Source: a virus (Duplodnaviria; Caudoviricetes). From it: 64,000 nt of DNA. How positions within the stretch are numbered: the first letter of the stretch is position 1; each line of letters opens with the position of its first letter. The position numbers and the translations under genes are program-made. Below the pieces are notes generated by a model that was not told the origin of the DNA, did not search any database, and saw only the letters and a program-made list of their open reading frames with translations. The stretch lies in IMG/VR virus record IMGVR_UViG_3300022915_000001, positions 9,210 to 73,209 of that record; one strand, given 5' to 3'. Shown here in pieces: positions 62,338-64,000 of the stretch.

Positions 62338-63677
62338 CAAGCCTCCACCGCCTGTAGATCGGCGCCCGATTCGACCCGCGCCATGATGATCTGAAGGCCA
62401 AGCTCCTTGGCGGCGTCGATCAGGAGCTTCATGGAATCGGCGTCCAGAACTTCGCTCTCGTCTAACACCATCAGCGGCAGTTCGCCGAGCGCCTGAGCCG
62501 CGATGGTGATTGCCACCTTGCACTGCTTCGACTTGTTGACGTGCTCCCACGGCACGCCTTCGATGTAGACCTCGGGCAGGTTCTTCTCGCCGAGCCGCAC
62601 CTCGATGCCGGGGATCGGCAGCGTGGCTAGCTTCTCGGACTTCAGCCGGTCCAGGCCCTTCACCGCGGTATCCAGTTGGTTCCACCGCTTTTGTAAGTGC
62701 CGCGCCGAGTCCCGCATCTTCTCAAGCTGGGTGCGCTGGCCTTCGACGCGGTTCTGGTCAGAGAGGGCGTGCTCGGCTTGGCCGAGGCTCTGGGTCAGAT
62801 CCTCCAGTTGGGCGCCAGAGGCTTCGCGGATCGCGGCTTTCTCGGTGTCCGCAGCCTTGACGATCTCGGCCTGGTCTGCGTTGTACTGCCAGTTGTACGA
62901 CGCCACCGCAGCGTCGTATTCCTTCTTCAGCACGGCCAGTTTCGCGTCCAGACTGTCCCGCTTGGCGTTGACGAGAGCGATGGCGCGGCGGTCCACCTCG
63001 GCGATCTCGCGCTCAAGGCCGGCCTTGGCTTCGCCCACCTGGGTCCTGAGCATGTCGACGACGCCGGTCCAGGAGGCGCTGGAGCCTACCGGCAGGTTCT
63101 TCTCGGTTTCAATGATAAAACCCTCGGCGGCCTCCTGGTCCCGGCGCACCTCGGTGCGGGAAGCGTACCGGCCATCGCGGATCTCGGTAAAGCGGCGCTG
63201 GTCGATCACCTCCTGGGGATTCAGGATGAACTCGTTGCTGGCCTCGTTGACTTCCTGGCCGGTGAACTTGACCGGCATGACCTTCGATAACTCCTCGGCC
63301 CGTTCCTTGCCGGTCATCGAGATGAACGCCGCGGGGTTGAACCTGAGACCGCTGGCGAGTTTCTTGACGTAGGTTGCTTCTGCCGATACCTTCCCGCGAT
63401 CCGCAGTCCTCACCTCGAGCGTGGACTTGTCGGGTTTGATCGTCTTGCGGATCGTGACGCCGTCGTCCAGCGAGAGGAGGACCGATCCCTCCTTCTTCCC
63501 GGCGCGAATCAGACCGGGATCGTGGCCCCCTTCAAACACTGCGAGGAGGGCGTCGATGGCTGAAGTTTTACCGACGCCGTTACGGCCGCGCAGGACTGTC
63601 ACGGCGCCGGTTTCAAAGGCGAGCGATTCGATGCCCTTGATATCTTTTATCTGAACAGACTTCAGGCGGCGCGTCAT
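62337..63677 (-). CDS. SbcC/Rad50-like AAA ATPase with a coiled coil
   Basis: LKSVQIKDIKGI, GRNGVGKTS (Walker A), coiled-coil middle, LMVLDESE (Walker B). Confidence 0.85.
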   Translation of the reverse strand: MTRRLKSVQIKDIKGIESLAFETGAVTVLRGRNGVGKTSAIDALLAVFEGGHDPGLIRAGKKEGSVLLSLDDGVTIRKTIKPDKSTLEVRTADRGKVSAEATYVKKLASGLRFNPAAFISMTGKERAEELSKVMPVKFTGQEVNEASNEFILNPQEVIDQRRFTEIRDGRYASRTEVRRDQEAAEGFIIETEKNLPVGSSASWTGVVDMLRTQVGEAKAGLEREIAEVDRRAIALVNAKRDSLDAKLAVLKKEYDAAVASYNWQYNADQAEIVKAADTEKAAIREASGAQLEDLTQSLGQAEHALSDQNRVEGQRTQLEKMRDSARHLQKRWNQLDTAVKGLDRLKSEKLATLPIPGIEVRLGEKNLPEVYIEGVPWEHVNKSKQCKVAITIAAQALGELPLMVLDESEVLDADSMKLLIDAAKELGLQIIMARVESGADLQAVEA

Positions 63678-64000
63678 TTCTTGGCCCCCTTGGGCTTGCT
63701 GGCCTTCGCCATCTTGAGGACCGTGTCGAACAGTTGCGCCTGCATGTGGTCGTAGCGTTCCGCGCCACCGGCTTTCACCAGCCGCGCCACCGTCTCGTCG
63801 TCGAGGCCGAGCGAGGTACACACCTCCGCGAACTCCTGAGCCTGAGCCGGGGAGATGATGGCGATCTGGGCGGGTGCACCGGCCGGCTGCTTCTCGCCCT
63901 GCACCGGCTGGCTGAGAGCGGCGAGCTTGGCGGCCCTGACCTTCTCGGCGTCCTCGGTCGAACCCGTGGGATTGCGCTCGGCGCGGCACTCTTCCACCGT
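63674..64000 (-). CDS. C-terminal part of a gene entering from beyond the window, possibly a recombination protein
   Basis: Open frame to the edge; ends in an ATGA overlap with the ATPase gene. Confidence 0.45.
   Translation of the reverse strand, partial: TVEECRAERNPTGSTEDAEKVRAAKLAALSQPVQGEKQPAGAPAQIAIISPAQAQEFAEVCTSLGLDDETVARLVKAGGAERYDHMQAQLFDTVLKMAKASKPKGAKK

Noticed and set aside
1-64000. tRNA, rRNA, tmRNA, IS elements, reverse transcriptase/DGR
   Set aside because: By eye I found no cloverleaf or T-loop signatures, transposase or RT motifs, or template/variable repeat pair. tRNAscan-SE/ARAGORN would confirm.

Overview
The whole window looks like one high-GC dsDNA phage or prophage genome segment with no recognisable host housekeeping genes and a podovirus-like gene set. 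Minus strand 1-32.7 kb is the virion module, listed here in transcription order: terminase large subunit, portal, scaffold, major capsid, head-tail adaptor, tail-tube-like protein, a 1538-aa beta-helix tailspike, a small membrane protein, three probable ejection proteins, and a giant ORF of at least 2691 aa (8075 to <1). The giant ORF is missing from the ORF track because it runs off the window. 32.9-40 kb holds small genes, a C5 cytosine methyltransferase locus and a displaced terminase small subunit. 40.1-52.3 kb is a plus-strand array of about 30 small unknown genes. 52.2-64 kb holds an MBL hydrolase, an RHH regulator, a tyrosine recombinase and a replication/recombination module (DUF1376-like, PD-(D/E)XK nuclease, RusA-like, ParB-like, SbcC-like ATPase). 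Three features stand out. (1) A family of about 10 covarying two-hairpin + GAGGTGAA intergenic elements divides the small-gene region into cassettes, some carrying paralogous modular proteins. (2) The methyltransferase is encoded by two overlapping reading frames, one of which carries a 12-module GWPTP array that may be a multi-specificity array. (3) Three small ORFs are nested in the +1 frame inside the giant polyvalent protein gene, each directly after a folded domain. All family assignments come from motif recognition by eye, not database searches.
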